Shown: in pieces, positions 10,412 to 21,666 of the stretch
How positions within the stretch are numbered: position 1 is the stretch's first letter
Layout: every line of letters starts with the position of its first letter
DNA from: an uncultured Actinomycetota bacterium
GTDB taxonomy: Bacteria; Actinomycetota; Actinomycetes; Mycobacteriales; CADCTP01
Reading direction: 5' to 3'
Assembly: GCA_963728945.1 (NCBI GenBank)
Contig: CAVSMA010000002.1
Coordinates: 674,723-738,722, forward strand
DNA: 64,000 nucleotides
Made by a program: the position numbers and the translations under genes
Notes under the pieces: model-generated
The model's input: the letters and a program-made list of their open reading frames with translations, nothing else
Database searches by the model: none
What the model was told of the DNA's origin: nothing

Positions 10412-11098
10412 GTGCTGGGGGACAGCAAGGGGCTCGTGCTCGTCGTGGAGGACGAGCGGGCGATCGCCGACCTGGTCCGGCTCTACCTGGCCCGGGAGGG
10501 GTTCGGCGTGCACGTCGAGGCGGACGGCGCCGCCGGGCTGGCCGCCGCCCGCCGGCTGCACCCGGTCGCGATCGTGCTCGACGTCGGCCTCCCCGGCCTC
10601 GACGGCACCGAGCTGTGCCGGCGGCTGCGCGCGGACGGCGACTGGACGCCGGTGCTGTTCGTGACCGCCCGGGACGACGAGGTCGACCGGGTGCTCGGCC
10701 TCGAGCTCGGCGCGGACGACTACGTGACCAAGCCGTTCTCGCCGCGCGAGCTGGTGGCCAGGGTGAAGACCGTGCTGCGGCGCACCCGCGGGGTCGAGCG
10801 GTCCACCCCGCGGCTGCAGGTCGGCCGGGTCTCGCTCGACCCGGACCGCCGCCGCGCGTACGTCGACTCGACCGAGGTCGTGCTCACCACGACCGAGTTC
10901 GACCTGCTCGCGTTCCTGCTCCGCCGGCCCGGCCGGGTGTACGAGCGCGAGCACCTGCTCTCCGAGGTCTGGGGCTACGCCGCCGCGGCCGGCACCCGCA
11001 CGGTCGACGTGCACGTCGCCCAGCTGCGGGCCAAGCTCGGCGACGCCAGCCCGATCCGTACGGTCCGCGGCGTCGGCTACTCCGCGGAGTCCCCGTGA
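10412..11098 (+). CDS. OmpR/PhoB-family response regulator
   Basis: 228 aa. Motifs VLVVEDERAIADL, IVLDVGLPGLDG, YVTKPF. C-terminal winged helix (TTTEFDLLAFLL, VRGVGY). Confidence 0.9.
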   Translation: MLGDSKGLVLVVEDERAIADLVRLYLAREGFGVHVEADGAAGLAAARRLHPVAIVLDVGLPGLDGTELCRRLRADGDWTPVLFVTARDDEVDRVLGLELGADDYVTKPFSPRELVARVKTVLRRTRGVERSTPRLQVGRVSLDPDRRRAYVDSTEVVLTTTEFDLLAFLLRRPGRVYEREHLLSEVWGYAAAAGTRTVDVHVAQLRAKLGDASPIRTVRGVGYSAESP

Positions 11099-12645
11099 GC
11101 GAGCCCGGCCCGGCGGCCCGACCCGGTGCCGAGCCGCGTGGTGCCGAGCCGGGGGGCCCGCCGTTCACCCGCCCGCGGCCGGGCCGCCGGCGGGGCACGC
11201 TGGCGGGGCGGATCGCGCTGGTCACCACCGCGGTCGCAGTGGTCGCCGTGCTGGTCGCCGGGCTGGTGTCGCTGAGCCTGGTGAACCGGGCCGGCGACGC
11301 CGACGCCCGTCGCACGCTCTCCGCGCTGGCCGACGCCGCGGCCGAGGGCGCCGGCGGCAACGGCCGGCTCGGCGACGGGTCGGTCGCGCTCGGCCGGCAG
11401 CGCACCCGCAACCAGCTCAACGCGCTCAGGATCGACTTCACCTTCCTCACCCGGACCGGCGCGACCAGCGGCGGCCCGGCCGACGGCCTGGCCAGCCGGG
11501 CGCTCACCGAGGCCGAGCGGACGGAGGTGGTGGCCGGTCGGTCGATGTCGCTGACCCGCAACGTCGGCGGGGTGCGGACCCTCGTCGAGGCGCGGCCGGC
11601 CACCGTCGGCGGCGTCGTGCTGGCACAGTCGATCTCGGACGCCTCGTTCGCCGGCGCCGCGGTCCGGCGGATCGCGCTGTCGTTGCTGATCGGCCTGGCG
11701 GTGGCGGCGCTGGCCGGGGTGCTGCTGGCCCGGCTGCTGTCCCGCCCGCTGCGCCAGGCCGCCAGGACCGCGCGGCTGCTCGCCGCCGGCGCCCGCGACG
11801 TCCGGGTCCCGCCGGAGGGACCGGCCGAGGTCGCCGAGGTCGCCGACTCGCTGAACGCCCTGTCCGCGGCGCTGGCGACCAGCGAGGGTCGGCAGCGGGA
11901 GTTCCTGCTGTCGGTCAGCCACGAGCTGCGCACCCCGCTGACCGCGATCACCGGGTTCGCCGAGTCACTGGCCGACGGGGTCACCACCGGGCCGGACGTA
12001 CAACCGGTCGCCCGCACCGTGCTCGGCGAGGCGCACCGGCTGGAGCGGTTGGTCAGCGACCTGCTCGACCTGGCCCGGCTGGGCGCCCAGGACTTCCGCA
12101 TCGACCTGCAACCGGTCGACCTCACCGCGCTGATGGAGACGGCCGGCGAGGTGTGGCGGGCGCGCTGCGAGGCGGTCGGCGTCGTCGGCCTTACCGACCT
12201 GCCGCACCAGCCCCTGCTGTGCGTCACCGATCCCACCCGGGTCCGCCAGATCGTCGACGGCCTGGCCGAGAACGCGCTGCGGGTCACCCCGGCCGGCCGC
12301 CCGGTCCTGCTCGGCCTGTACCAGACGCAGGGCTTCGCGGTCATCCAGGTCCGCGACGGCGGACCGGGCCTGTCCCCGGAGGACCTGCCGGTCGCGTTCG
12401 AGCGGTCGGTGCTCTACCAGCGCTACCGGGGCGTCCGCCAGGTCGGCACCGGCGTCGGGCTCGCCCTGGTGCACGGGCTGACGACGAGGCTCGGCGGCAG
12501 CGCGGACGCCGGCCGGGCGCCGGAGGGCGGCGCCTGCTTCACCGTCCGGCTGCCGCTGCAGCCGGCCCGGAACGCGATCACGGTCCCGCTGCCGCCCCCG
12601 GGCCGGCCCGGGGGCGGGTCGGTTGCCGCCCCCGGCTCTCGGTAG
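11095..12645 (+). CDS. sensor histidine kinase (2 TM, HAMP, HisKA, HATPase_c)
   Basis: GTG 11095 overlaps the RR TGA. TM helices [24 protein letters not shown] and [24 protein letters not shown]-box [12 protein letters not shown]-box GTGVGLALV. Confidence 0.85.
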   Translation: MSEPGPAARPGAEPRGAEPGGPPFTRPRPGRRRGTLAGRIALVTTAVAVVAVLVAGLVSLSLVNRAGDADARRTLSALADAAAEGAGGNGRLGDGSVALGRQRTRNQLNALRIDFTFLTRTGATSGGPADGLASRALTEAERTEVVAGRSMSLTRNVGGVRTLVEARPATVGGVVLAQSISDASFAGAAVRRIALSLLIGLAVAALAGVLLARLLSRPLRQAARTARLLAAGARDVRVPPEGPAEVAEVADSLNALSAALATSEGRQREFLLSVSHELRTPLTAITGFAESLADGVTTGPDVQPVARTVLGEAHRLERLVSDLLDLARLGAQDFRIDLQPVDLTALMETAGEVWRARCEAVGVVGLTDLPHQPLLCVTDPTRVRQIVDGLAENALRVTPAGRPVLLGLYQTQGFAVIQVRDGGPGLSPEDLPVAFERSVLYQRYRGVRQVGTGVGLALVHGLTTRLGGSADAGRAPEGGACFTVRLPLQPARNAITVPLPPPGRPGGGSVAAPGSR

Positions 12646-12679
12646 GGTGCCGGGGGAGGCAGCCGAGGAAGGGACCAGC

Positions 12680-13495
12680 GTGAGCGTTCTCGACGAGATC
12701 CTCGTCGGAGTCCGCGCCGATGTCGCCGCTCGCGAGGCCGTCACCCCGCTCGCCGAGGTCAAAGCGGCCGCGGCCAGGAAGCCGGCGGCGCGCGACGCGA
12801 TCGCGTCGCTGCGGCTGCCCGGGGTGGGCGTCATCGCGGAGGTGAAGCGGGCGAGCCCGTCCGCTGGCGCGCTCAGCCCGATCGAGGATCCGGCCTGGCT
12901 CGCCGGCGAGTACGAGTCCGGCGGCGCCCGGGTGATCAGCGTGCTCACCGAGGAGCGCCGGTTCTCCGGCTCGTTCGCCGACCTCGACGCGGTCCGGGCC
13001 AAGGTCGAGGTGCCGGTGCTGTGCAAGGACTTCATCGTCTCCTCCTACCAGGTGCACGAGGCGCGGGTGCACGGCGCCGACATGGTGCTGCTCATCGTCG
13101 CCGCGCTCGAGCAGAACGCGCTGGTCGGCCTCGTCGAGCGGACCGAGTCGCTGGGCATGACCCCGCTGGTCGAGGTGCACGACGAGGCCGAGGCCGACCG
13201 GGCGCTGGAGGCCGGAGCCAAGGTGATCGGCGTCAACGCGCGCAACCTCAGGACGCTCGAGGTCGACCGCAGCGTGTTCGAGCGGATCGCGCCGGGCCTG
13301 CCCAGCCGGGTGCTGAAGATCGCGGAGTCCGGCGTGCGCGACCCGCACGACCTCATCGCCTACGCGGCCGCCGGCGCGGACGCGGTGCTGGTCGGCGAGG
13401 GGATCGTGACCAAGCCGAGCCCGCGCCAGGCCGTGGCCGACCTGGTCACCGCCGGCTCGCACCCTGCCACGCCGCGGCCGGCTCATGACCGCTGA
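12680..13495 (+). CDS. trpC: indole-3-glycerol-phosphate synthase
   Basis: GTG 12680 is preceded by GAGGAAGGGA. 271 aa. Motifs [31 protein letters not shown]. Confidence 0.92.
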   Translation: MSVLDEILVGVRADVAAREAVTPLAEVKAAAARKPAARDAIASLRLPGVGVIAEVKRASPSAGALSPIEDPAWLAGEYESGGARVISVLTEERRFSGSFADLDAVRAKVEVPVLCKDFIVSSYQVHEARVHGADMVLLIVAALEQNALVGLVERTESLGMTPLVEVHDEAEADRALEAGAKVIGVNARNLRTLEVDRSVFERIAPGLPSRVLKIAESGVRDPHDLIAYAAAGADAVLVGEGIVTKPSPRQAVADLVTAGSHPATPRPAHDR

Positions 13496-14699
13496 GACCG
13501 TCCCGGACGCGTCGGGCCACTTCGGCCCGTACGGGGGGCGGTTCGTGCCGGAGGCGCTCATCGCGGCGCTGGACGAGCTGGCCGCCGACTATGCGGACGC
13601 GCGGCAGGACCCGGCGTTCACCGGCGAGCTCGACCGGCTGCTGCGCACGTACGTCGGCCGGCCGACGCCGCTGACCGAGGCGGCCCGGCTGACCGCGCAC
13701 GCCGGCGGCGCCCGGATCCTGCTGAAGCGGGAGGACCTGGCCCACACCGGCTCGCACAAGCTCAACAACGCGCTCGGCCAGGCGCTGCTGACGAAGCGGA
13801 TGGGCAAGACCCGGGTGATCGCGGAGACCGGGGCCGGCCAGCACGGGGTGGCGACCGCGACCGCCTGCGCATACCTCGGCCTGGACTGCGTGGTCTACAT
13901 GGGCGAGGAGGACACGGTCCGGCAGGCGCTCAACGTGGCCCGGATGCGGATGCTCGGCGCCGAGGTCATCCCGGTGCGGACCGGGACCCGGACGCTCAAG
14001 GACGCGATCACCGAGGCGATGCGGGACTGGGTGACCAACGTGGCCTCCACCCACTACGTGATCGGCTCGGTGATGGGGCCGCACCCGTTCCCGATGCTGG
14101 TGCGCGACCTCCAGCGGGTGATCGGCGACGAGGCCCGCGCGCAGCTGCTCGACCTGACCGGCCGGCTGCCGGACGCGGTGACCGCCTGCGTCGGCGGCGG
14201 GTCCAACTCGCTGGGCATCTTCACCGCGTTCGTGCCCGACCCCGGCGTCGCCCTGATCGGGTACGAGGCCGGCGGCACCGGCGTCGAGGGTGCGCTGCAC
14301 GCGGCGACGATCGCGGCCGGGCGACCGGGCGTGCTGCACGGCATGCGGAGCTACCTGCTGCAGGACCCGGACGGGCAGACGCTGCCGACCGCGTCGATCT
14401 CGGCCGGGCTCGACTACCCCGGGGTCGGTCCGGAGCACGCCTGGCTGTACGACACCGGCCGCGCCTCGTACCGGTCGGTGACCGACGGGCAGGCGATGGA
14501 GGCGCTGCGGCTGCTCGCGCACACCGAAGGAATCCTGTGCGCGATCGAGACCGCGCACGCGGTGCACGGCGCGGTCGAGCTGGCCCGCGAGCTCGGGCCG
14601 GAGCAGATCGTGCTGGTCTGCCTGTCCGGCCGGGGCGACAAGGACATGGACACGGCCGCCCGCTGGTTCGACCTGCTCGACCCGGGCGCCGCCGGGTGA
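13485..14699 (+). CDS. trpB: tryptophan synthase beta chain
   Basis: 404 aa. PLP-lysine motif HTGSHKLNN, plus GAGQHG and GGGSNSLG. Confidence 0.95.
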   Translation: MTAETVPDASGHFGPYGGRFVPEALIAALDELAADYADARQDPAFTGELDRLLRTYVGRPTPLTEAARLTAHAGGARILLKREDLAHTGSHKLNNALGQALLTKRMGKTRVIAETGAGQHGVATATACAYLGLDCVVYMGEEDTVRQALNVARMRMLGAEVIPVRTGTRTLKDAITEAMRDWVTNVASTHYVIGSVMGPHPFPMLVRDLQRVIGDEARAQLLDLTGRLPDAVTACVGGGSNSLGIFTAFVPDPGVALIGYEAGGTGVEGALHAATIAAGRPGVLHGMRSYLLQDPDGQTLPTASISAGLDYPGVGPEHAWLYDTGRASYRSVTDGQAMEALRLLAHTEGILCAIETAHAVHGAVELARELGPEQIVLVCLSGRGDKDMDTAARWFDLLDPGAAG

Positions 14700-15493
14700 C
14701 GAGCCGGCTCGCCGAGACCTTCGCCGCGGCGGCGGCGGACCGGCGCGGGACACTGGTCGGCTACCTGCCGGCCGGGCTCACCCCGGCCGCGACGTTCGCC
14801 GCGATGGTCGAGGCCGGCGTCGACGTCGTCGAGGTCGGCCTGCCCTACTCGGACCCGGTGATCGACGGGCCGGTGATCCAGCAGGCGGTGGACCGGGCGC
14901 TGGCCGCCGGCACCACGCCGGCCGACGTGCTGCGCACGGTCGAGGCGGTCACCCGCACCGGCGTCCCGGCCGTCGTCATGACCTACTGGAACCCGATCGA
15001 GCAGTACGGCGTCGACCGGTTCGCCGCCGACCTGGCCGCGGCCGGGGGAGCAGGCATGATCACTCCGGACCTGACCCCGGAGGAGGCCGGTCCCTGGCTG
15101 GAGGCGGCGGACAAGCAGGGACTCGACCCGATCTTCCTCGTCGCGCCGTCGTCGACCGACGAGCGGGTCGCCCGGATCTCGTCGCTGTGCCGCGGCTTCG
15201 TGTACGCCACCTCGGTCATGGGCGTGACCGGCGCACGGGCGCAGACCTCGGCCGCGGCGCCCGGGCTGGTCGCCCGGGTCCGCCGGGTCACCGACCTTCC
15301 GGTCGGCGTCGGGCTCGGCGTGTCGAACGCGGACCAGGCCGCAGAGGTGGCCGGCTACGCGGACGCCGTGATCGTCGGGTCCGCGTTCGTCCGGGCGGTG
15401 CTCGAGGCCGGCTCGGACGCCGCCGCCGCCCGGGCGGCCGGGACGCTGGCGGCCGAGCTTGCCGGCGGGGTGCGCCGCCGGGTCAGGGCATGA
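14696..15493 (+). CDS. trpA: tryptophan synthase alpha chain
   Basis: GTG 14696 overlaps the trpB TGA. 265 aa. Motifs [32 protein letters not shown]. Confidence 0.92.
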   Translation: MTSRLAETFAAAAADRRGTLVGYLPAGLTPAATFAAMVEAGVDVVEVGLPYSDPVIDGPVIQQAVDRALAAGTTPADVLRTVEAVTRTGVPAVVMTYWNPIEQYGVDRFAADLAAAGGAGMITPDLTPEEAGPWLEAADKQGLDPIFLVAPSSTDERVARISSLCRGFVYATSVMGVTGARAQTSAAAPGLVARVRRVTDLPVGVGLGVSNADQAAEVAGYADAVIVGSAFVRAVLEAGSDAAAARAAGTLAAELAGGVRRRVRA

Positions 15494-16451
15494 CCAGCAG
15501 CTTCCCGGTGGTGCGCCGGCTCTCCAGGTCGGTGTGCGCGGCGCCCACCTCGTCGAGGCGGTAGCGGCCACCGATCCGGACCCGCAGCGAGCCGTCGGCG
15601 ACCGCGTCGAAGACCGCGGCCGAGCGCTCCAGCAGCTCCTCCCGGTCCGCGATGTAGTGCGCCAGCGTCGGCCGGGTGAGGAACAGCGAGCCGCCGGCCT
15701 GCAGCCGGCGCGGGTCGACCGGCGGCACCGGCCCGCTGGACGCGCCGAACAGCACCAGGTAGCCGCGCGGGCGCAGGCAGGCCAGGCTCGCGTCGAAGGT
15801 GGTTGCGCCGACCCCGTCGTACACCGCCGCGACGCCGGTGCCGCCGGTGATCCGGGCGACCTCCTCGGCCACGTCGACCTGGTCGTAGCGGATCACCTCG
15901 ACGGCGCCGGCCTCCCGGGCCAGCTTCGCCTTCTCCTCGGTCGAGGTGGTCGCGAGCACGTCCCCGCCGCGCGCTCGGGCCATCTGCACGAGCAGCGACC
16001 CGGTGCCGCCGGCGGCGGCGTGCACGAGCACGGTGTCGCCGGACTGCACCGGGTAGGTGGAGTGGGTCAGGTAGTGGGCGGTCATGCCCTGCAGCAGCAC
16101 CGCGGCCGCGGTCTCGTCGTCGACCCCGACCGGGACCGGGACCGCGCGGGCGGCGGGCACCACGGCCCGGGTCGCGTAGGCGCCGGGCAGCATCGCCCAG
16201 GCCACCCGGTCGCCGGTGTCGACGCCGACCACGCCCTCGCCGACCGCGGCGACCGTGCCGGCGGCCTCGGTGCCGAGCCGCAGCGGCAACTCGCCGGGGT
16301 AGGCGCCGGTGCGGTTGTAGACGTCGACGAAGTTCACGCCGGCCGCGGTGACGTTCACCAGCAGCTCGCCGGGGCCGGGCTCCGGGTCGGGCAGCTCGGC
16401 GACCTCGATCGCCTCCGGGCCGCCGTACGCCCGGATGATCGCCGCCCGCAT
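15483..16451 (-). CDS. NADPH:quinone oxidoreductase (MDR/zeta-crystallin family)
   Basis: ATG 16451 inside the 383-aa ORF gives 322 aa (MRAAIIRAYGGPEAIEV...). Motifs AAGVNFVDV and HAAAGGTGS. The 3' end overlaps trpA convergently by 11 nt. Confidence 0.85.
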   Translation of the reverse strand: MRAAIIRAYGGPEAIEVAELPDPEPGPGELLVNVTAAGVNFVDVYNRTGAYPGELPLRLGTEAAGTVAAVGEGVVGVDTGDRVAWAMLPGAYATRAVVPAARAVPVPVGVDDETAAAVLLQGMTAHYLTHSTYPVQSGDTVLVHAAAGGTGSLLVQMARARGGDVLATTSTEEKAKLAREAGAVEVIRYDQVDVAEEVARITGGTGVAAVYDGVGATTFDASLACLRPRGYLVLFGASSGPVPPVDPRRLQAGGSLFLTRPTLAHYIADREELLERSAAVFDAVADGSLRVRIGGRYRLDEVGAAHTDLESRRTTGKLLVMP

Positions 16452-16924
16452 CAGGCGAGGGCCAGGTCGCGGGTGAGCGTGCGGACCACGCCGGACCGCG
16501 CGCCGGCGCAGTCGGTCACGACCGCGGCGGCGGTCGCGGTGATCCGCTCGGGCAGGCAGCCGGCGTCGTACCAGCCGAGGTGGTCGATGCGGCCGCGGCC
16601 GTTGAGCACCGGCTCTCCGGAGACCAGCTCGCACCGGAACGCGTAGGTCATCAGGTCGGGCAGGTCCTCCTCGTCGCCGCGCAGGTTGCCGCAGAGCAGG
16701 TAGAGACCGAGCAGGTCGACGACGCGGGCCTCGATGCCGGTCTCCCGCCGCAGCTCCCGCACGACGGCGTGGGCAGGTGCCTCGCTCGGGTCGATGTGCG
16801 CGCCGGGCAGACCCCAGCGGTGTCGCGCGTCGGCCTTGCGGACCAGCAGCACTCGGCCCTCGGCGTCGCAGAGGACCGCGGCCGCGGCCCGCGTCACGTG
16901 TCCCATGGCACAGACCCTAACCAC
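16451..16924 (-). CDS. NUDIX hydrolase
   Basis: Nudix box GAHIDPSEAPAHAVVRELRRETGI. Stop overlaps the qor-like start (ATGA on the minus strand). ATG 16906 is an alternative start. Confidence 0.8.
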   Translation of the reverse strand: MVRVCAMGHVTRAAAAVLCDAEGRVLLVRKADARHRWGLPGAHIDPSEAPAHAVVRELRRETGIEARVVDLLGLYLLCGNLRGDEEDLPDLMTYAFRCELVSGEPVLNGRGRIDHLGWYDAGCLPERITATAAAVVTDCAGARSGVVRTLTRDLALA

Positions 16925-17012
16925 GCCCGGGCCGCTCTGCTAAGCCCTCGGGCGGAGCAGTCCGGGCAACGGCGCCTCCGGGCGGTTGGAAGCGACACCC
17001 TAGACTCGGCGG

Positions 17013-18515
17013 GTGCTGCTTGCGTCGTTCCCGAGCCCCAGCCGCGCCGTCTGGGATCTCGGTCCGATCCCGATCCGGGCGTACGCGTTGTGCATCATCG
17101 CGGGGATCATCGCTGCGATCTGGATCGCCGAGCGGCGCTGGGTGGCGCGCGGCGGGAAGCGCGGCACGGTCTCGGACATCGCGGTCTGGGCCGTCATCTT
17201 CGGGCTGGTCGGCGGCCGGCTCTACCACGTGATCAGCGACAACGAGCTCTACTTCCGGGCGGGGCGCGACCCGTGGCGGGCGTTCTACGTCTGGGAGGGC
17301 GGGCTCGGCGTCTGGGGCGCTATCGCGCTCGGCGGGGTCGGCGCCTGGATCGGCTGCCGGCGGCGCGGGATCAAGCTGCCGCCGTTCGCGGACGCGGCGG
17401 CGCCCGGGATCGCGGTCGCGCAGGGCATCGGGCGGTTGGGCAACTACTTCAACCAGGAGCTGTTCGGCCGGCCGACCGACCTGCCCTGGGGGGTGCGGAT
17501 CGACCCGGACCGGCCGAGCACAGTGCCGGGCGCGACGGCGTACCACCCCACGTTCCTGTACGAGATGCTGTGGGACTTGGGGCTCGCGGGCGTTCTGATC
17601 TGGGTCGACCGGCGGTACAAGATGGGCCGCGGCCGGGTCTTCGCCCTGTACGTGATGGGCTACACCGCCGGGCGGGTGTGGATCGAGATGCTGCGCATCG
17701 ACACCGCCAACCACGTGCTCGGGCTGCGGCTGAACGTGTGGACCTCGATCCTGGTGTTCGCCGGCGGGCTGGTCTACTTCCTGTTGCACCCGGGGCCGCG
17801 GGAGACCGTCGTCGAGCCGGACGCCGTCCCCGCCACCGGCGGCCCGCCGGCGCGACCGGCACCCCCACCGACGAGACCGACGAGAAGTCGCCCGCTGCCG
17901 TCGACGGCGAGACCGAGGCGGACGGCGAGGACGACGACGCGAAGACACCGGCAGGCGACGCCGGTGACGCGACCGGCCCGGCGGCCGAGGTTGCTGCCAC
18001 CACCCCCGCCGACCCCGACCCGGCTGGGACAGCCGTCCCTGCCGAGAACGCTGTCCCGACCGAGGACCCGCTGCGGGCCGAGCATCCCGTCGGGATCGAG
18101 GATCCCGTCCGGGCCGAGGACCGCCGTCGCGGACCGGGGATCCCGTCCGGGCCGAGGACGGCGTCGCGGCCGGGGATCCCGTCCGGGCCGAGGACGGCGT
18201 CGCGGCCGGGGATCCCGTCCGGGCCGAGGACCGCGTCGCGACCGGGGATCCCGTCCGGGCCGAGGACCCGGTCCCGGCCGAGGACCCCCGGGACGAGGAC
18301 CCGGTCCCGGCCGAGGACCCCCGGGCCGAGGACGCGCTCCGGGCCGAGGACCCGGTCCGGGCCGAGGGCGGCGTCCGGAGCGAGGACGGCGTCGCGACCG
18401 GCGGTGGCGTCGCGGCGGAGGACGGCGAGTCGGCGGCGGAGGACGGCGTTCCGGCCGGGCGGCGCAAGCGCTGACCCACATCCGCACCCGCAGTAGTTGC
18501 ACGCGCATGTTCTAG
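17013..18515 (+). CDS. lgt: prolipoprotein diacylglyceryl transferase with a long low-complexity C-terminal extension; the end and frame of the tail are uncertain
   Basis: GTG 17013. The first ~265 aa are canonical Lgt ([39 protein letters not shown]). The computed ORF runs to 18515, but codon usage in the tail favours other frames (see findings). Confidence 0.85.
   Translation: MLLASFPSPSRAVWDLGPIPIRAYALCIIAGIIAAIWIAERRWVARGGKRGTVSDIAVWAVIFGLVGGRLYHVISDNELYFRAGRDPWRAFYVWEGGLGVWGAIALGGVGAWIGCRRRGIKLPPFADAAAPGIAVAQGIGRLGNYFNQELFGRPTDLPWGVRIDPDRPSTVPGATAYHPTFLYEMLWDLGLAGVLIWVDRRYKMGRGRVFALYVMGYTAGRVWIEMLRIDTANHVLGLRLNVWTSILVFAGGLVYFLLHPGPRETVVEPDAVPATGGPPARPAPPPTRPTRSRPLPSTARPRRTARTTTRRHRQATPVTRPARRPRLLPPPPPTPTRLGQPSLPRTLSRPRTRCGPSIPSGSRIPSGPRTAVADRGSRPGRGRRRGRGSRPGRGRRRGRGSRPGRGPRRDRGSRPGRGPGPGRGPPGRGPGPGRGPPGRGRAPGRGPGPGRGRRPERGRRRDRRWRRGGGRRVGGGGRRSGRAAQALTHIRTRSSCTRMF
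18101..18440 (+). repeat. coding tandem repeat of 36-bp units that decay into 12-18-bp GCCGAGGAC-type units
   Basis: Unit is GATCCCGTCCGGGCCGAGGACGGCGTCGCGGCCGGG. Units start at 18101 (a 38-nt variant), 18139, 18175, 18211 and 18247 (truncated). In frame 1 they read [12 protein letters not shown]. Confidence 0.85.
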
Positions 18516-18523
18516 AATCTGCG
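18504..18523. promoter_or_regulatory. imperfect 20-bp palindrome (candidate operator) in the AT-richer gap upstream of the cox cluster
   Basis: CGCATGTTCTAGAATCTGCG has a perfect 8-bp core TTCTAGAA and matching CGCA/TGCG ends. It lies 163 nt upstream of the coxS ATG. Confidence 0.25.
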
Positions 18524-18685
18524 TCGGCACCGATCCGAAACGTCCGCAACCGCGGATCCACGCCGTGCTCCCGATTCCGTCCACGCGGCGAGCCCATCGA
18601 ACCGGACGGCTTCCGGCCCCGTGCCCTCGGACCTAGGGTGATCGGCATCGGCATCACCGGCTCAGGCAGTTGGGGGAGTGTGCCC

Positions 18686-19162
18686 ATGGCGAGGATCGAA
18701 GTCACCGTCGACGGCGTCCGTTACCACGACGAGGTGGAACCGCGGCTGCTGCTCGTGCACTACCTCCGCGAACGGTTGGGAAAGGTGGGCACCCCCATCG
18801 GGTGCGACACCTCCAACTGCGGCGCCTGCACGGTGCACGTCGACGGGGTCAGTGTGAAGTCGTGCACCATGCTGGCGGTGCAGGCCGACGGCACGCAGAT
18901 CACCACGATCGAAGGGCTGGCCCAGAACGGCCAGCTGCACCCGGTACAGCAGGCCTTCCACGACAACCACGCCCTGCAGTGCGGCTTCTGCACGCCGGGC
19001 ATGATCATGGCCTCGGTCGACCTGCTCCAGCACAACCCGTCGCCCAGCGACGAGGAGATCCGGCACGGCCTGGAGGGCAACCTCTGCCGGTGCACCGGCT
19101 ACCAGAACATCGTCCGCGCGGTCCGCCAGGCCGCCGAGAAGAGCGCGGAGGTGACGGCGTGA
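18686..19162 (+). CDS. coxS: molybdo-hydroxylase small subunit, 2x[2Fe-2S] (CoxS-type)
   Basis: ATG 18686 follows GGGGGAG. 158 aa. Cys motifs [11 protein letters not shown] and [10 protein letters not shown]...CRCTGY. Confidence 0.9.
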   Translation: MARIEVTVDGVRYHDEVEPRLLLVHYLRERLGKVGTPIGCDTSNCGACTVHVDGVSVKSCTMLAVQADGTQITTIEGLAQNGQLHPVQQAFHDNHALQCGFCTPGMIMASVDLLQHNPSPSDEEIRHGLEGNLCRCTGYQNIVRAVRQAAEKSAEVTA

Positions 19163-21666
19163 CCGAGGAACTCGACGCCGGCCTCGTCGCCGAGCAGGTC
19201 GAAGAGCACCCCGAGGCGATCGACCAGCCGGACCCCACCAGGCACATCGGCCGGCCGCTGAAGCGCAAGGAAGACCGGCGGCTGATCACCGGCCGCACCC
19301 GGTGGACCGACAACATCCAGCTGCCCGGCCTGATGCACATGGCGATCGTCCGCAGCCCGGTCGCGCACGCCCGGATCAACCGGGTCGACGTCAGCGCCGC
19401 GCTCGACCGGCCCGGCGTGATCGCCGCGTTCAGCGCCGCCGACCTCGGCGACGCGCTCGGCACGCTGCCCTGCGCCTGGCCGGTGACGGCGGACATGGTC
19501 CACCCCGACCACCACCCGCTGGCCATCGACGAGGTCAGGCACGTCGGCGAGGCGGTCGCGGTCGTCGTGGCCACCGACCGCTACGCGGCGGCCGACGCGA
19601 CGGAGGCCGTCGAGGTCGACTACGAGCCGCTGCCGGCCGTGACCGACATGGAGGAGGCGCTCAAGGACGAGGTGCTCGTCCACGCCGACAAGGGCACCAA
19701 CAAGACCTACCTGTGGCCGTTCGACGGCGGCGACTACGACGCGGCCAGGGCGCAGGCCGAGGCCGAGGGCGGCATCGTGTTCAAGCGCCGCTACATCCAG
19801 CAGCGGCTGATCCCGGCCGCGATGGAGCCGCGCTCGGTGGTCGTCGAGCCGCTCACCGAGGGCGACGAGTACACGGTCTACTCGGCCACCCAGATCCCGC
19901 ACATCCTGCGGCTGATGCTGGCGCTCACCTGCGGCATCCCCGAGCAGCAGATCCGGGTCATCGCCCCGGACGTCGGCGGCGGCTTCGGCTCGAAGCTCAA
20001 CGTGTACGCCGAGGAGGTCATCGCGCTGGTGGTGGCCCGCAAGCTGGGCCGCCCGGTGAAGTGGACCGAGTCGCGCAGCGAGGGCTTCCAGGCCACGATC
20101 CACGGCCGCGACCAGATCCAGGACATCGAGGTCGCCGCGACCCGGGACGGCCGGATCCTCGGGCTCTCGGTCGACCTCAAGGCCGACATGGGCGCCTACC
20201 TGCAGCTGGTGACACCGGGCATCCCGGTGCTCGGCGCGTTCATGTTCAACGCGATCTACAAGATGGACGCCTACCGGTTCCGCTGCACCGGCGTGTTCAC
20301 GACCAAGACGCCGACCGACGCCTACCGCGGCGCCGGCCGGCCGGAGGCGACCTACGCGATCGAGCGGATCATGTCCGACCTCGCGTACGAGCTCGGCATC
20401 GACCCGCTCGAGCTGCGCCGGCGCAACTGGATCAAGCACGAGGAGTTCCCGTACACCACGATCGCGGGGCTGACCTACGACAGCGGCAACTACGAGGCCG
20501 CCACCGCGCGGGCGCTCGAGCTGTTCGGCTACGACGAGCTGCGCCGCGAGCAGCAGGAGCGGCGGGACCGCAACGACCCGGTGCAGCTCGGCATCGGCAT
20601 CTCGACGTTCACCGAGATGTGCGGGCTCGCGCCGTCCCGGGTGCTCGGCTCGCTCTCGTACGGGGCCGGCGGCTGGGAGGCCGCCAGCATCCGGATGCTG
20701 CCGTCCGGCAAGGTCGAGGTCGTCACCGGCACCACGCCGCACGGCCAGGGCCACCTGACCGCGTGGAGCCAGATCGCCGCGGACGCGCTCGGCGTGCCGT
20801 TCGAGGACGTCAACGTGATCTTCGGTGACACGCAGTCCTCCCCGGTGGGCATGGACACGTACGGGTCGCGCAGCCTGGTCGTCGGCGGCGTCGCGGTGCA
20901 CCTGGCCGCGCGCAAGGTCGTCGACAAGGCCCGCAAGGTCGCCGCGCACCTGCTCGAGGCCGCCGAGGGCGACGTCGAGTTCAGCGGCGGCACGTTCTCG
21001 GTCAAGGGCTCCCCGGACGCGAAGACCACCATCCAGGAGGTCTCGCTGGCCACGTTCGCCGCGCACAACCTGCCCGACGGCATGGAGCCGACGATCAACG
21101 CCGACGCGGTGCTCGACCCGGAGAACTTCTCCTTCCCGCACGGCACCCACCTGTGCGCGGTCGAGGTCGACACCGAGACCGGCCGGCCGACCATCCGCAA
21201 GTACGTGGCGGTCGACGACATCGGCAACGTGATCAACCCGCTGATCGTCGAGGGCCAGGTGCACGGCGGGCTCGCCCAGGGCATCGCCCAGGCGCTGTAC
21301 GAGGAGGCGGTCTACGACGCCGACGCCAACCTGGTGACCGGCACGATGGTGGACTACCTGGTCCCGTCCGCGGCGGACCTGCCGGAGTTCACCACCGACC
21401 GGACCGAGACCCCGTCGACGACCAACCCGCTCGGGGTCAAGGGCGTCGGCGAGGCCGGCACGATCGCGTCCACGCCGGCCGTGGTCGGCGCGGTCGTCGA
21501 CGCGGTGCACCACCTCGGCGTCCAGGAGATCCGGATGCCCACCACGCCGGAACGGGTCTGGCGCGCGATCAACAACTCGGGCTCCGACGGAGGCAGCCGC
21601 GCCGCCGAGGGCACCATCGCGTACGGCGGCCCGCAGACCTCGACGACGGCCGGAGGTGCCGAGTGA
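19159..21666 (+). CDS. coxL: molybdo-hydroxylase large subunit, form II CoxL-like
   Basis: GTG 19159 overlaps the coxS TGA. 835 aa. Xanthine-dehydrogenase/aldehyde-oxidase molybdopterin-binding fold. Active-site loop is AYRGAGR (20320-20340). Confidence 0.9.
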   Translation: MTEELDAGLVAEQVEEHPEAIDQPDPTRHIGRPLKRKEDRRLITGRTRWTDNIQLPGLMHMAIVRSPVAHARINRVDVSAALDRPGVIAAFSAADLGDALGTLPCAWPVTADMVHPDHHPLAIDEVRHVGEAVAVVVATDRYAAADATEAVEVDYEPLPAVTDMEEALKDEVLVHADKGTNKTYLWPFDGGDYDAARAQAEAEGGIVFKRRYIQQRLIPAAMEPRSVVVEPLTEGDEYTVYSATQIPHILRLMLALTCGIPEQQIRVIAPDVGGGFGSKLNVYAEEVIALVVARKLGRPVKWTESRSEGFQATIHGRDQIQDIEVAATRDGRILGLSVDLKADMGAYLQLVTPGIPVLGAFMFNAIYKMDAYRFRCTGVFTTKTPTDAYRGAGRPEATYAIERIMSDLAYELGIDPLELRRRNWIKHEEFPYTTIAGLTYDSGNYEAATARALELFGYDELRREQQERRDRNDPVQLGIGISTFTEMCGLAPSRVLGSLSYGAGGWEAASIRMLPSGKVEVVTGTTPHGQGHLTAWSQIAADALGVPFEDVNVIFGDTQSSPVGMDTYGSRSLVVGGVAVHLAARKVVDKARKVAAHLLEAAEGDVEFSGGTFSVKGSPDAKTTIQEVSLATFAAHNLPDGMEPTINADAVLDPENFSFPHGTHLCAVEVDTETGRPTIRKYVAVDDIGNVINPLIVEGQVHGGLAQGIAQALYEEAVYDADANLVTGTMVDYLVPSAADLPEFTTDRTETPSTTNPLGVKGVGEAGTIASTPAVVGAVVDAVHHLGVQEIRMPTTPERVWRAINNSGSDGGSRAAEGTIAYGGPQTSTTAGGAE

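Noticed and set aside
18497-18518. TTGCAC ... TAGAAT, considered as a -35/-10 promoter pair for the cox cluster.
   Set aside because: The hexamers are separated by only 10 nt, whereas the canonical spacing is 16-18 nt. TAGAAT could still serve as a -10 with a different or absent -35, but this is not supported well enough to call.
16917-18584. Minus-strand ORFs of 555 aa, 418 aa and 244 aa across the lgt tail and repeats.
   Set aside because: They are Arg/Pro/Ser-rich shadows of the GC-rich repeat region. They have no start context or motifs, and they overlap canonical lgt.
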